Shown here one piece after another: positions 19,334-28,856 of a stretch of DNA of 64,000 nt. Location of the stretch: contig DUOG01000051.1 of NCBI GenBank assembly GCA_012838945.1, positions 3,845 through 67,844 of the forward strand, in the 5' to 3' direction. Position numbers and translations under genes: made by a program. The notes under the pieces were generated by a model. That model did not search any database and was not told the origin of the DNA. It saw only the letters and a program-made list of their open reading frames with translations. Position 1 is the stretch's first letter. Every line of letters begins with the position of its first letter. Origin of the DNA: Acholeplasmataceae bacterium. GTDB taxonomy: Bacteria > Bacillota_I > Bacilli_A > ML615J-28 > CAG-313.

Positions 19334-20007
19334 TGTTTGATGTTGTTATTGTGATGGCGGGGACTGGGGTTCGTACCGGTCTTAAAACAAATAAAGTTTT
19401 ATATCCAATCAAAGGTATTGAGGTTTTTATTTATAGCGTTCGTGCCTTCTTACAAGTAGCTGGAATTAACAACTTAATTTTAGTTATAAGTCCCAGTGAT
19501 GCCAACCTTGTTGAAGAAATCCTTAAAAAATATAATTTGTTTGATAAAGTTATCATGATCTCAGGCGGAAAAACCCGTGCTGAAAGTGTACGAAACGGTT
19601 TGCTGGAAACAGGGGCTGACAAAGTTTTAATTCATGATGCGGCCAGACCACTAATAACCGCCACTGATATTAAAAAGGTGGTTGATGCCCTTGACAAATG
19701 GGATGCGGTAACCCTAGTTAATCCAATCTATGATACGGTTAAAATAGTTCAAAATCAGAAAGTGTTAAAAACTATTAATCGTGAACTGGTTAAAAGAGTG
19801 ATTACTCCTCAAGGTTTAAAGAAGAAGGTTATCACACAGATCTTAAATCCAATTCAGTGTGATGATGCTATCACTGATGAAATGGTTCTTTTAGAAGAAA
19901 AATTTGAAGTATATACGATTGAAACTAATAATCCAAGTGTTAAGTTTACTACTAAAGAAGATCTAGATTTAATAGAATATTATTTAACTAAAAGGGAGGA
20001 AAACTAA
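19333..20007 (+). CDS. ispD: 2-C-methyl-D-erythritol 4-phosphate cytidylyltransferase
   Basis: VIVMAGTGVRTG nucleotide-binding loop, IHDAARPL and VITPQG. It is coupled to ispF. Confidence 0.75.
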   Translation: MFDVVIVMAGTGVRTGLKTNKVLYPIKGIEVFIYSVRAFLQVAGINNLILVISPSDANLVEEILKKYNLFDKVIMISGGKTRAESVRNGLLETGADKVLIHDAARPLITATDIKKVVDALDKWDAVTLVNPIYDTVKIVQNQKVLKTINRELVKRVITPQGLKKKVITQILNPIQCDDAITDEMVLLEEKFEVYTIETNNPSVKFTTKEDLDLIEYYLTKREEN

Positions 20008-20483
20008 TGTATCGAATTGGTCATTCCTTTGATTTTCACCCCCTAGTACCAGATCGTCTCTTAATTTTAGGAGGAATAACCATTCCCTTTGAAAAAGGAT
20101 TGGCTGGTCACAGTGATGCTGATGTAGTTTTACATGTGGTCGCTGAGAGCATCTTGGGAGCCCTAGGTGCAGGAGACCTCGGCACTCACTTTCCTGATAA
20201 TGATCCTAAATATAAGGGGCAGTCTTCTGACTTCTTTGTCAAGGAAAGCATAAAATTAGCTAAAGAAGCCGGGTTTGTAGTTAATAATATAGATGTTATG
20301 GTCTACATTGAAAAGCCTTCCTTAAAAGAATATAAACCTTTTATTAAATCCCGGATTGCATCGCTTTTAGAAGTAGATGAAACATTGGTTAATGTCAAAG
20401 CAACAACCATGGAGAAGAAAGGCATTATTGGTGAGGGCGTAGGTATCGCCGCTGAAGCCATAGTCCTTCTTAAACAAAAGTAA
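20007..20483 (+). CDS. ispF: 2-C-methyl-D-erythritol 2,4-cyclodiphosphate synthase
   Basis: RIGHSFDFH, GHSDADV and LGALGAGDLGTHFPD. Confidence 0.9.
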   Translation: MYRIGHSFDFHPLVPDRLLILGGITIPFEKGLAGHSDADVVLHVVAESILGALGAGDLGTHFPDNDPKYKGQSSDFFVKESIKLAKEAGFVVNNIDVMVYIEKPSLKEYKPFIKSRIASLLEVDETLVNVKATTMEKKGIIGEGVGIAAEAIVLLKQK

Positions 20484-20527
20484 TTAATACCACCACTTTA
20501 GGCATAAGATGAAGTGGTGGTTTTCTT

Positions 20528-21205
20528 ATGAAGAAAAGGTTTAAAAAGTTCTTCATTCTCGCATTAATTTTTTTAATTCCCTTATTTTTAATCAGTTTTT
20601 CTGATCGTTACTTTGGGGAACGAGCGGGGGTATATATAAAAGAAAGAGCCCAGATGTATAGTATGCAAATCATTAATGATGCTGTTTTAGAAGTGGTGGG
20701 GCCTAGTATATCAATGGATGACATCTTGATAATGGAAAAGGACACTACTGGCAAAATTATTAGTGTCTTAGTCAATACCCAACAAGTAAATCAAATCTTA
20801 GGGAAGGTTGGAAAAAGTGTAGAAGGTGGAGTTCAGGCGATTGAGGAAGGTAAAATCTCTAGTTTGAGCATCCCCCTCGGGGTTTTAATTAGTAGTACAA
20901 TTTTGGCCGATCGCGGTCCTGAAGTAAAGGTAAAGGTCCGACCAATTGGGTCCTATAAGGTTGATGTGATTTCTGAGGTTAGTGGTTATGGTATAAACAA
21001 TAGTTTAGTATTGGTCTATATCTTAGTAAAAATTGAACTGGAAGCATTGATTCCTTTGAGGATTGTCCCGGTAGTGACCGAGTCAAAAGTTGTCTTAATC
21101 TCACAAATAATTAAAGGGGAGATACCCAAATATTATTATGCTGCGGGGACATATTTGCCCAATCCTCCTCCTGAGTCTGATTTTGGCGTTATTCCTAACA
21201 GTTAA
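20528..21205 (+). CDS. Sporulation protein YunB-like
   Basis: N-terminal TM helix; IPLGVLISSTILADRGPEVKVKVRPIGS matches my recollection of the YunB family core. Confidence 0.45.
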   Translation: MKKRFKKFFILALIFLIPLFLISFSDRYFGERAGVYIKERAQMYSMQIINDAVLEVVGPSISMDDILIMEKDTTGKIISVLVNTQQVNQILGKVGKSVEGGVQAIEEGKISSLSIPLGVLISSTILADRGPEVKVKVRPIGSYKVDVISEVSGYGINNSLVLVYILVKIELEALIPLRIVPVVTESKVVLISQIIKGEIPKYYYAAGTYLPNPPPESDFGVIPNS

Positions 21206-21373
21206 ATTGTTTACAATATTCTTACCATAAAAAGGAAAGATGTGATATAATAATATAAATAATGGTTCTTAATTAAAAATGGTTGACGTAGGTTTAATGA
21301 AAATTGCATATTAAAACATCGATTTTGAAAATTGTAGTATAATAATTATAAATAATAGAAAGGTCGATGAAAT

Positions 21374-21607
21374 ATGACAACAGATATCGAAACCAAAATT
21401 AAGAACATTATTACGCGCATTCGTCCCTATATTCAAAGAGACGGTGGCGATATTGAATACGTCCGTTTTGAAGACGGAATTGTTTTTGTCAGACTGACTG
21501 GCGCTTGTGTTGGTTGTCAGTTTAGTGATGTAACCCTTTATCAAGGCTTAGAGTCCGTTTTGGTGGAAGAAGTTCCGGGCGTTATCGGTGTGGAGCTTGC
21601 TGATTAG
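21374..21607 (+). CDS. NifU-like Fe-S cluster protein (Nfu C-terminal domain)
   Basis: GGDIEYVRFEDGIVFVRLTGACVGCQ. Confidence 0.8.
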   Translation: MTTDIETKIKNIITRIRPYIQRDGGDIEYVRFEDGIVFVRLTGACVGCQFSDVTLYQGLESVLVEEVPGVIGVELAD

Positions 21608-21609
21608 GG

Positions 21610-22017
21610 ATGAACCATATTGTTCTTTCAACGCTAATTTCATTAATAATCGCGCAGGGAATAAAATTTTTAATTGGCACCATTAAAGCTGGTAAGGCCG
21701 ATTACCGGTTAATCTATTCTAATGGTTCAATGCCTTCTTCTCATAGTAGTATCCTATCTACCTTAATTGTAATGGTAGGTCATTTTGAAGGAATTGATTC
21801 AATCATCTGGGGCATCACTTTAGTTTTTAGCTTATTAATAATTGGGGATGCAATGGGCATTCGTACCCAAAGTGGAAAACAAGCAAAAGTGTTAAACCAA
21901 CTGGTTGGTGAGAAGAGATTACGTGAACAAGTGGGCCATAAACCAACCGAAGTAATTGGTGGGATAATCCTAGGCATTATTGTTGCATTACTTTATATTA
22001 CTTTAATTATTAAATAA
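21610..22017 (+). CDS. Divergent PAP2-family membrane protein, YuiD-like
   Basis: SNGSMPSSHSS motif, three TM helices, about 135 aa. Confidence 0.6.
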   Translation: MNHIVLSTLISLIIAQGIKFLIGTIKAGKADYRLIYSNGSMPSSHSSILSTLIVMVGHFEGIDSIIWGITLVFSLLIIGDAMGIRTQSGKQAKVLNQLVGEKRLREQVGHKPTEVIGGIILGIIVALLYITLIIK

Positions 22018-22049
22018 AAATTAATATATTATCGAAAGGAGGAGATAAT

Positions 22050-22388
22050 ATGATTAAACCAGGATCAATTGTATATGGTAGAATAACGAATATCTTAGGT
22101 TATGGCGCCTTTGTCGCAATTGATGGTTATGATGGTTTGATCCATATCTCCGAATTTTCAGATAATTTTGTCAGAAATATCGAAGATTATGTGAAAGTGG
22201 GAGATCGGGTTAAACTAAAGGTTTTAGAAGTCGATGAAGAACAAAAACAATTAAAATTGAGCTATCGACAAATTCATAAGACTAGAGGAGTTCGCTGTCG
22301 TATTCCTCAATACAAGATTGGTTTTAAACCCTTAAAAGAAAATTTAGATCAATGGATAGCATTGAGTAAGGTAGGTCAAAGTGAATAA
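22050..22388 (+). CDS. S1 RNA-binding domain protein (YugI/GSP13-like)
   Basis: GYGAFVAIDGYDGLIHISE S1 motif. Confidence 0.7.
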   Translation: MIKPGSIVYGRITNILGYGAFVAIDGYDGLIHISEFSDNFVRNIEDYVKVGDRVKLKVLEVDEEQKQLKLSYRQIHKTRGVRCRIPQYKIGFKPLKENLDQWIALSKVGQSE

Positions 22389-22926
22389 GGTTTTAATAAT
22401 ATTGTCGTTATTATTACTTGCGGGTTGCGCAAAAGCTGATCAAATCAGCGATGATTATCCCCTCATTAAAGATCGAAAACACATCTTCCAATACACGAAT
22501 GCCACTAAGGTTATTGAAATTCTAAAAGGAGAAAGCAAAATAGACGAGCTAGAAGTGATCGTATTTACTTTCCCAGAATGTCCATGGTGTCAAGAGTCAT
22601 TACCAAGAGTTAATCAAGTGGCGAAAGAACTGGCCATTACGGAAGTTTTATTACTGAATGTTCGCGAAATGCGAGATTTAAAAACGCCGGAATATATGGA
22701 AATATTTGAACTTGTTAAGGACGATATTGAGTTTGGTGAAGGCTCAAAAGAACGTGAAAGAATCAATGTTCCGACGATAATTGTGGTGAAAAATGGTGAA
22801 ATAGTCGGTTCGCATTTATCAACAGTTGCGAGCCACGCAATTGATGAAAACAAAGTTTTACCACCAATGACTGACGAACAAGATGCGGAGTTTAAAGCAA
22901 TTTTAAGAAACTTATTTGCTAAATAA
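22381..22926 (+). CDS. Thioredoxin-fold lipoprotein
   Basis: Lipobox LLAGCA; CPWC redox motif. Confidence 0.5.
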   Translation: MNKVLIILSLLLLAGCAKADQISDDYPLIKDRKHIFQYTNATKVIEILKGESKIDELEVIVFTFPECPWCQESLPRVNQVAKELAITEVLLLNVREMRDLKTPEYMEIFELVKDDIEFGEGSKERERINVPTIIVVKNGEIVGSHLSTVASHAIDENKVLPPMTDEQDAEFKAILRNLFAK

Positions 22927-23002
22927 TATATTTAATGGATAATAAATTTATCTATTAAATTTATAGTATTAATTTAGATAGTTAAAAATAAAATGCTACT
23001 AG

Positions 23003-23707
23003 GTGATACGGATGCGTAAACGGTTCATTTTGTTTTTAACTATTATTTTGTTAGTTACCTCAATTTTAATGACTACCTTTTTGGTTGCTAAGAAGGAAAA
23101 TTCCCAAAATGTTTTGGGTTGGAAAGAAGTCATAATCTACCTTGATCCTGGTCATGGTGGGTTTGATGGTGGCGCTATTGGAATTGATGGTACCTATGAA
23201 AAAGATATTGTTTTAAACATTTGTTTAAAGTTGGAACGTTACTTTAAACAAAGTGGTTTTAAAGTAGCTTTAACTAGGAGAACTGATGTGGCGCTCCACT
23301 CTCCAGGCAGTAAAAATGCCAAAAGAGATGATATTTATAAACGGGTTAGTTTAATCAATAAATCAAATGCTGATCTTTTTCTTACAATTCATGCTAATGC
23401 TTTTTCTAGTTCGAAAGTAAAAGGAGCCCAAGTTTTTTATAGTGATAAAAACCCTTCCTCAAAAGATTTGGCTGGTGCCATTCAAAATATGATTAGTTTA
23501 TATCATGAGAATAACCATCGTCCTTCCAAAAGTATTAGTGGAAAGTATTTGTTAGATCACGTTGAGATACCTGGTTGCCTAGTTGAAGTGGGATTTTTAT
23601 CAAATCTCGAAGACTTAGAAAATCTGAAAAATGATGAATACTTAGAAGAAATGGCTTTTATTATCTATTTAGGAGTACTACAATATTTGCATAAAAATTA
23701 TAGGTGA
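23003..23707 (+). CDS. cwlD: N-acetylmuramoyl-L-alanine amidase (Amidase_3), CwlD-like
   Basis: N-terminal TM helix; YLDPGHGGFDGGAIG...IHANAF...VEVGFLSN Zn-amidase motifs. Confidence 0.7.
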   Translation: MIRMRKRFILFLTIILLVTSILMTTFLVAKKENSQNVLGWKEVIIYLDPGHGGFDGGAIGIDGTYEKDIVLNICLKLERYFKQSGFKVALTRRTDVALHSPGSKNAKRDDIYKRVSLINKSNADLFLTIHANAFSSSKVKGAQVFYSDKNPSSKDLAGAIQNMISLYHENNHRPSKSISGKYLLDHVEIPGCLVEVGFLSNLEDLENLKNDEYLEEMAFIIYLGVLQYLHKNYR

Positions 23708-24159
23708 ATATGATGAAAAAAATATTACAAATTAAGAGCCCAGAGGAAATGATCGCTCTCGGGCAAACTATCGGAAAAAAACTTTTCCCAGGTGCCATTA
23801 TTACCTTAAATGGTGATTTGGGGGCTGGGAAAACTACTTTTACTAAAGGGATTGGACAAGCCTTGAATATCAAGGCAGTTATTAATAGTCCAACCTTTAC
23901 CATTATGAAAGTTTATCAAGGTGATTTAACTCTCTTTCATATCGATGCTTATCGTTTAGATGGAGTAGGTTCTGATTTTGATTTGGAAGAATACTTTTAT
24001 CAAGATGGAATTTGTGTGATTGAGTGGGCAGAAATCATTACTGATATCTTGCCGGAAGAGCGCCTTGATATTACGATTTCTATTACTGGCGAATCAACTA
24101 GACAAGTAATAATTGAAACAAACAATCAAGAATATCAAAAGTTAGAAGGAATATTATGA
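23704..24159 (+). CDS. tsaE: tRNA t6A37 biosynthesis ATPase TsaE
   Basis: GDLGAGKTTFTKG P-loop; operon context tsaE-tsaB-rimI-tsaD. Confidence 0.85.
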   Translation: MNMMKKILQIKSPEEMIALGQTIGKKLFPGAIITLNGDLGAGKTTFTKGIGQALNIKAVINSPTFTIMKVYQGDLTLFHIDAYRLDGVGSDFDLEEYFYQDGICVIEWAEIITDILPEERLDITISITGESTRQVIIETNNQEYQKLEGIL

Positions 24160-24743
24160 TAAATTTAGTTATTGATACATCAACGGATTATTTATATATC
24201 GCCATTATTCAAGATAATGAAGTTGTTAGCGATTATTTCGTCAAGGGTAATAATAATCATTCGGAAAATTTAATCGATGCTCTTACCAAAGTTTTAAGTG
24301 AAAAAAACTTTTTAATTGAAGACTTTGATGGAATTTATGTTGGTCGTGGTCCGGGATCTTATACTGGACTTAGAGTTAGTGGAACTGTTGCTAAAGTGTT
24401 AGCCTATTCTAAAGAAATTCCATTTTACAGTTTTAGTTCTCTTGACTTGGTGGCATCAGCTTATATCGATGTTGAAGGAAAATACTTAAGCAAAATCAAA
24501 GCTAAGAAGGGCTATCACTATGTGAAGGTCTTAAATTTTGTCAATGATCAAATCACTGAAGAGATGGCTGATTCCTATTTATCCGATGAAGCGATTGAGG
24601 AAATCATTAAAAATGATCCGACAATGATAATTATTGATGAAATTAAAAAATTTAATCCATTAGTACTCTTTAATTATGGCTTAATGACAGCGGTTGAAGA
24701 TCTTCATGCATATGTACCTAATTACTTAAGAAAGGGAATTTAA
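24156..24743 (+). CDS. tsaB: tRNA t6A37 biosynthesis protein TsaB
   Basis: YeaZ-like N-terminus (LVIDTSTD...) with a coupled start. Confidence 0.8.
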   Translation: MINLVIDTSTDYLYIAIIQDNEVVSDYFVKGNNNHSENLIDALTKVLSEKNFLIEDFDGIYVGRGPGSYTGLRVSGTVAKVLAYSKEIPFYSFSSLDLVASAYIDVEGKYLSKIKAKKGYHYVKVLNFVNDQITEEMADSYLSDEAIEEIIKNDPTMIIIDEIKKFNPLVLFNYGLMTAVEDLHAYVPNYLRKGI

Positions 24744-24744
24744 G

Positions 24745-25179
24745 ATGGAGATTCGCTTGATGAGGCCAACTGATATCGAATCAGTGATTAAAGGAGAAGA
24801 GGCTACATTGGGGGAAACTTTGGGGAAGGAATTCTTTGAACAAGAATTAACTAATCCCCTTGCTTACTTTTGGGTTGCCACCAAAAATGATGAGGTGATT
24901 GGTTATATTGGGGCTTATGTTGTTCCGCCTAGTGCGGATATCATAAGCTTCTATGTTCTCGATGCTTATCAAAAACAGGGTTATGGAAGTAAGCTAATGA
25001 CGAGGCTTCTTGATGAGTGTGGCCGACTTAAAGTTGAAGCAGTAACTCTCGAAGTAAAAGAAGGAAATAATAAAGGAATCAATTTTTATTTAAAAAATGG
25101 ATTTCAAAAAATAAATATACGTAAGCATTATTATCAAGATGGCAGTAATGCTCTGTTAATGAAAAAGGTGATTAAATGA
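24745..25179 (+). CDS. rimI: Ribosomal-protein-alanine N-acetyltransferase
   Basis: GNAT fold (QKQGYGSKLM); it sits between tsaB and tsaD. Confidence 0.8.
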   Translation: MEIRLMRPTDIESVIKGEEATLGETLGKEFFEQELTNPLAYFWVATKNDEVIGYIGAYVVPPSADIISFYVLDAYQKQGYGSKLMTRLLDECGRLKVEAVTLEVKEGNNKGINFYLKNGFQKINIRKHYYQDGSNALLMKKVIK

Positions 25180-26138
25180 TTGTATTAGGTATAGAAACTA
25201 GTTGTGATGAAACTGGGGTTGCGGTAGTAAGATCAGGTAAAGAAGTTCTTAGTAATGAAGTATTTACTCAAATAGAAATTCACAAAGCCTATGGGGGCGT
25301 AGTCCCTGAGGTTGCCAGTCGTCATCACATTGAAAAAATAACATATGTAATGGATGCAGCAATTAAAAAAGCTAACCTTACTTTTGAGGATATTGATTTG
25401 ATTGCTGTGACAGGGAATCCCGGATTAGTTGGATCCCTTATGGTGGGGATTAATGCGGCAAAAGCTGTGGCATTGGCTTATAATAAACCAATTGTCTTTG
25501 TCAATCACATCCATGGTCATATTTATGCCAATTATATTGAGGATGACTTTTTATTCCCATTGTTAGCTTTGGTTGTTTCTGGTGGACACACTGAACTAAT
25601 TTTAATGAGAGATCATTTTCAGTTTGAAATCTTAGGAGAAACCTTAGACGATGCTGTAGGTGAAGCTTATGATAAAGTGGCTCGAGTGGTTGGGGCCGGT
25701 TATCCAGGTGGACCAATAATTGATAAGATGGCTAAACAAGGCGAGGCTAGTTATGCTCTCCCTAAGATAATGCTTGATAAAGATAGTTTGAATTTTAGTT
25801 TTTCCGGCTTAAAGTCAGCGGTTATTAATTTGGTTAATAAGCACAAAATGAAAAACGAAGAGATTAATCCGAATGATCTTGCTGCAAGCTTCCAAGAAGC
25901 AGCGATCTCAGTTTTAGTGGAAAAAACCATCAAAGCCGCTACCGAACACGAAGTCAAACAAGTGGTGGTTGCTGGAGGCGTCGCCGCAAACTCTCACTTG
26001 CGTGAAGAAATGGCTCAAGCAATTAGTGCTTTGCCGGGTGTAAAACTATCAATTCCTAAAATGAAATATTGTACCGATAACGCCGCAATGATTGCAGTTG
26101 CTGGTTATTTTCAATATTTGCATGAACATAAACACTAA
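25176..26138 (+). CDS. tsaD: tRNA N6-adenosine threonylcarbamoyltransferase TsaD
   Basis: LGIETSCDETGVAV, and HxxxH (HIHGH) metal site. Confidence 0.9.
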   Translation: MIVLGIETSCDETGVAVVRSGKEVLSNEVFTQIEIHKAYGGVVPEVASRHHIEKITYVMDAAIKKANLTFEDIDLIAVTGNPGLVGSLMVGINAAKAVALAYNKPIVFVNHIHGHIYANYIEDDFLFPLLALVVSGGHTELILMRDHFQFEILGETLDDAVGEAYDKVARVVGAGYPGGPIIDKMAKQGEASYALPKIMLDKDSLNFSFSGLKSAVINLVNKHKMKNEEINPNDLAASFQEAAISVLVEKTIKAATEHEVKQVVVAGGVAANSHLREEMAQAISALPGVKLSIPKMKYCTDNAAMIAVAGYFQYLHEHKH

Positions 26139-26146
26139 TTTATTCT

Positions 26147-26173
26147 GACAGCCCTTAGTCGCTGTCTTTTTTT
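26147..26173 (+). terminator. Intrinsic terminator after tsaD
   Basis: GACAGC-ccttagtc-GCTGTC followed by T7. Confidence 0.6.
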
Positions 26174-26218
26174 ATTTTTCCAAGTGTTATTTTCTTGTTA
26201 ACTAATCGCTTAATTAAA

Positions 26219-26247
26219 TTGAAATAATATGCCCCTTATGTTATAAT
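26219..26247 (+). promoter_or_regulatory. Promoter TTGAAA-17 nt-TGtTATAAT for the GroEL-like operon
   Basis: Consensus spacing and an extended -10. Confidence 0.45.
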
Positions 26248-26279
26248 AAAATAAATAAAGGGGATGGGGGAAAGCAAAA

Positions 26280-26324
26280 ATGGAGAAAAATGAGAAGATT
26301 TCACAAAGATTGATTAGTCACTAA
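26280..26324 (+). CDS. 14-codon upstream ORF (MEKNEKISQRLISH) in the leader of the GroEL-like gene
   Basis: Its own G-rich SD (AAAGGGGATGGGGG) lies 9 nt upstream. Its TAA stop overlaps the second G-rich SD (cTAAGGGGTAGGGG) that serves the main ATG at 26338. Confidence 0.3.
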   Translation: MEKNEKISQRLISH

Positions 26325-26337
26325 GGGGTAGGGGCAA

Positions 26338-27906
26338 ATGACTAGCAATCTTAAATTTAATAAAGAAGCACGCGAATCAATGGTTCAAGGGATAAAAAAA
26401 ATCTATGATGCAGTGAGGATAACCTTTGGTCCTAAGGGACGCAATGTTATTATTGATGAAGCCTATGGTCCACCGCTCATCATCAATGATGGTGCTACCA
26501 TTGCACGCTCAATAAACCTGTCTAATAGATGGGAAAACTTAGGTTCTAGTTTAATTATCGAAGCAGCTTCCAAAACGAATGAATTGGTTGGTGATGGAAC
26601 GACTACGGCCATCATATTAGCATCTGTCTTGATCTTTGAAGGATTGAAGAAAGTTGAAAAGGGAGTTAATCCAGTTCATTTGAAAAACGGACTTGATTAC
26701 TTGTTACCACTTATCATTCAGATGATTGATGATCAAAAGATTATGCTGAGTAGTAGGGATGATTTGCTTAATATAGCGATTAACTCATCGAATGACCAAG
26801 ATATCAGCAAGTTAATTCTTCAAGCATTAGATGAAGTAGGAGCTGACGGATTAATTAATATTTTAGAATCGAATGATGCTTGGACTCATCTAGAAATAAC
26901 CAAAGGATATCGATTTGACCGAAGTTATGTGTCACCTTATATGGCTAGTGATCAAGAAAAGATGCAAACCATTCTGGAACGCCCCCTAATCTTAATTACT
27001 AATAAAAAGATTAGTTTACTAACAGATATTTTGTGGGCATTAGAAACAGCAGTGGAAAAGGGATATCCTTTACTGATAATTTGTGATGACATTGACCAAG
27101 AAGTAATAAGCTCCATAATTATAAATAACTTAAATGGTGTGTTTAATGTTGTAGTAGTGAAAGCTCCAAGTTTTGGTGAATATCGTGATGCTCTGCTTCA
27201 AGACCTCAGCATCTTAACAGGTGCTGCGTTTCTCAATGAAAACTCGCTGGGTTCAGCTCAAAAAGTAATCATTCAAAAAGAACATACTACCATCATCGAT
27301 GGATGTGGTCTTGATGAAGAACTTGAAACACACCTTCGCTCACTAAAACATCAATTAGATTATGCTAATCAATTGGAAAAAGGGAAAATAAAAACTCGGA
27401 TTGCTAAACTGACAAGTGGAATTGCTTTAATAAAAGTAGGCGCAGCAACAGATATAGAACTTCAAGAAAAAAAGTTAAAATATGAAGATGCCTTAAATGC
27501 CACCAAATCTGCTCTTAAAGATGGAATTGTTGAAGGTGCTGGGAAGGTCTTTTATCTCATAGGTAAGAGGCTAGACAACCTACATATTAATTCTGATTAT
27601 CAAGATGCTAAAGCAATTATGTCAGTGACTTTAAAAGCACCCTTTCATCAAATTGTTGAAAATGGTGGTTATCATCTGGATGCCATCATCCACGATCTAA
27701 CTGATGAATTATGGTTTGATGCCTTGACCGGTGAAAAATGTTTGCTGAGGGATCGAGGAATCATCGACCCAGTTCAAGTCCTCAAAACATCTTTAATGAA
27801 TGCGGTTAGCATTGCTTCAATGTTTTTAACTACCGAATGCGCAATAATCCTTAAAAATATAGATAAAACCATAGATAAAACAATCAATGAGGAGAATCTG
27901 CTATAA
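26338..27906 (+). CDS. Divergent GroEL/Cpn60-family chaperonin paralog, with no GroES partner and no C-terminal Gly-Gly-Met tail
   Basis: Colinear with GroEL: LKFNKEAR~DVKFGNDAR, TFGPKGRNVIID, VGDGTTTA, KAPSFGEYRDALLQD, VGAATDIELQEKK, GIIDPV. GGG414-416 has become GAG, and the protein ends ...NEENLL. No CIRCE inverted repeat lies upstream. Confidence 0.8.
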   Translation: MTSNLKFNKEARESMVQGIKKIYDAVRITFGPKGRNVIIDEAYGPPLIINDGATIARSINLSNRWENLGSSLIIEAASKTNELVGDGTTTAIILASVLIFEGLKKVEKGVNPVHLKNGLDYLLPLIIQMIDDQKIMLSSRDDLLNIAINSSNDQDISKLILQALDEVGADGLINILESNDAWTHLEITKGYRFDRSYVSPYMASDQEKMQTILERPLILITNKKISLLTDILWALETAVEKGYPLLIICDDIDQEVISSIIINNLNGVFNVVVVKAPSFGEYRDALLQDLSILTGAAFLNENSLGSAQKVIIQKEHTTIIDGCGLDEELETHLRSLKHQLDYANQLEKGKIKTRIAKLTSGIALIKVGAATDIELQEKKLKYEDALNATKSALKDGIVEGAGKVFYLIGKRLDNLHINSDYQDAKAIMSVTLKAPFHQIVENGGYHLDAIIHDLTDELWFDALTGEKCLLRDRGIIDPVQVLKTSLMNAVSIASMFLTTECAIILKNIDKTIDKTINEENLL

Positions 27907-28844
27907 TGAATTATGTCGTTGATATTTTAGTTGTTATCTTTTTACTTTTCATCGTTCTATATGCCTTGAAACAAAGGACTTCTAAATATTTGGTAGTCTT
28001 TATCACCTACTTTTTACCGATGGTTGTGGTGTTTCTTTTGGGGAGCCCACTATACCTTAATTGGATAAGTAAGTCTTCGGTTAGTTCAAAGTTTCAAGAT
28101 ATATTTGCGAGTAGTTATTATTTAAGTGGTTATATAACAACTGAAATAATCTTCTATATAATTTTAGTTATTGTTTTAAAGTTTACTGTTTATCTTTTTA
28201 AAAAAACAAGTTTAATTGCTGATGTAACAAAAGCAAAGAAAAAGAAAATATATGTCAATTTAATATTGGCATTAATTCTGGGATATTTTTATGCCGCCGT
28301 CTTAGTCGGGGCATTATATCCACTTGGGTTAACGAGTGAAAATACTCTTCTAGAAAATATATATCAAAATACAATCTTAATTGACCTCAATGAAACAAAT
28401 CAGTTAAATCAATACATCCAAGTCTATGAGTCGATTGTAGAGATTAAAGAGATCTTAGCCTTAGATGAAGATGATCCAAACTTTATCAAAATCGTAAGTG
28501 AATATGCGAAAGACCAAGGTCCCAGACTTCAAAGACGTGTCCAAGTCTTCTTGGAAGCATGTGAGGGATCTAGTGGGTCACCATTAAACTATTTTGTTGA
28601 ACAAAAGATTATTAAACCATACTCAAAATTTATCGTAAAAAAACAAGTAGTACGCAATGTGATCAGTGAACGGGTTATTGAAGATGATTTGTTTAGCGAA
28701 ATCATTTTTAAAAACTGGGTTCAAAAATATCAGATTGATTTAAGGAATATCAGTGACAATGATCAAAGCAATTTAGATAGCGCCCTTCAGAAGTTAAAAC
28801 TAACTAAGGAGGCAGCTGAAAAACTAGGAGCGTATTGGAAGTAA
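27906..28844 (+). CDS. Membrane protein with four TM helices (possibly CvpA-like) and a ~170-aa C-terminal soluble domain
   Basis: The ATG overlaps the GroEL-like stop (TAATG). TM helices at roughly aa 5-22, 28-50, 75-97 and 115-140. Confidence 0.4.
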   Translation: MNYVVDILVVIFLLFIVLYALKQRTSKYLVVFITYFLPMVVVFLLGSPLYLNWISKSSVSSKFQDIFASSYYLSGYITTEIIFYIILVIVLKFTVYLFKKTSLIADVTKAKKKKIYVNLILALILGYFYAAVLVGALYPLGLTSENTLLENIYQNTILIDLNETNQLNQYIQVYESIVEIKEILALDEDDPNFIKIVSEYAKDQGPRLQRRVQVFLEACEGSSGSPLNYFVEQKIIKPYSKFIVKKQVVRNVISERVIEDDLFSEIIFKNWVQKYQIDLRNISDNDQSNLDSALQKLKLTKEAAEKLGAYWK

Positions 28845-28856
28845 CGAGGTGAGCTT

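Noticed and set aside
26139-26337. Looked for a CIRCE/HrcA operator (TTAGCACTC-N9-GAGTGCTAA) upstream of the GroEL-like gene
   Set aside because: Only a near-palindrome, TTAGTCACTAA, is present. There is no CIRCE dyad, which I treat as evidence that the gene is not the heat-shock groEL.
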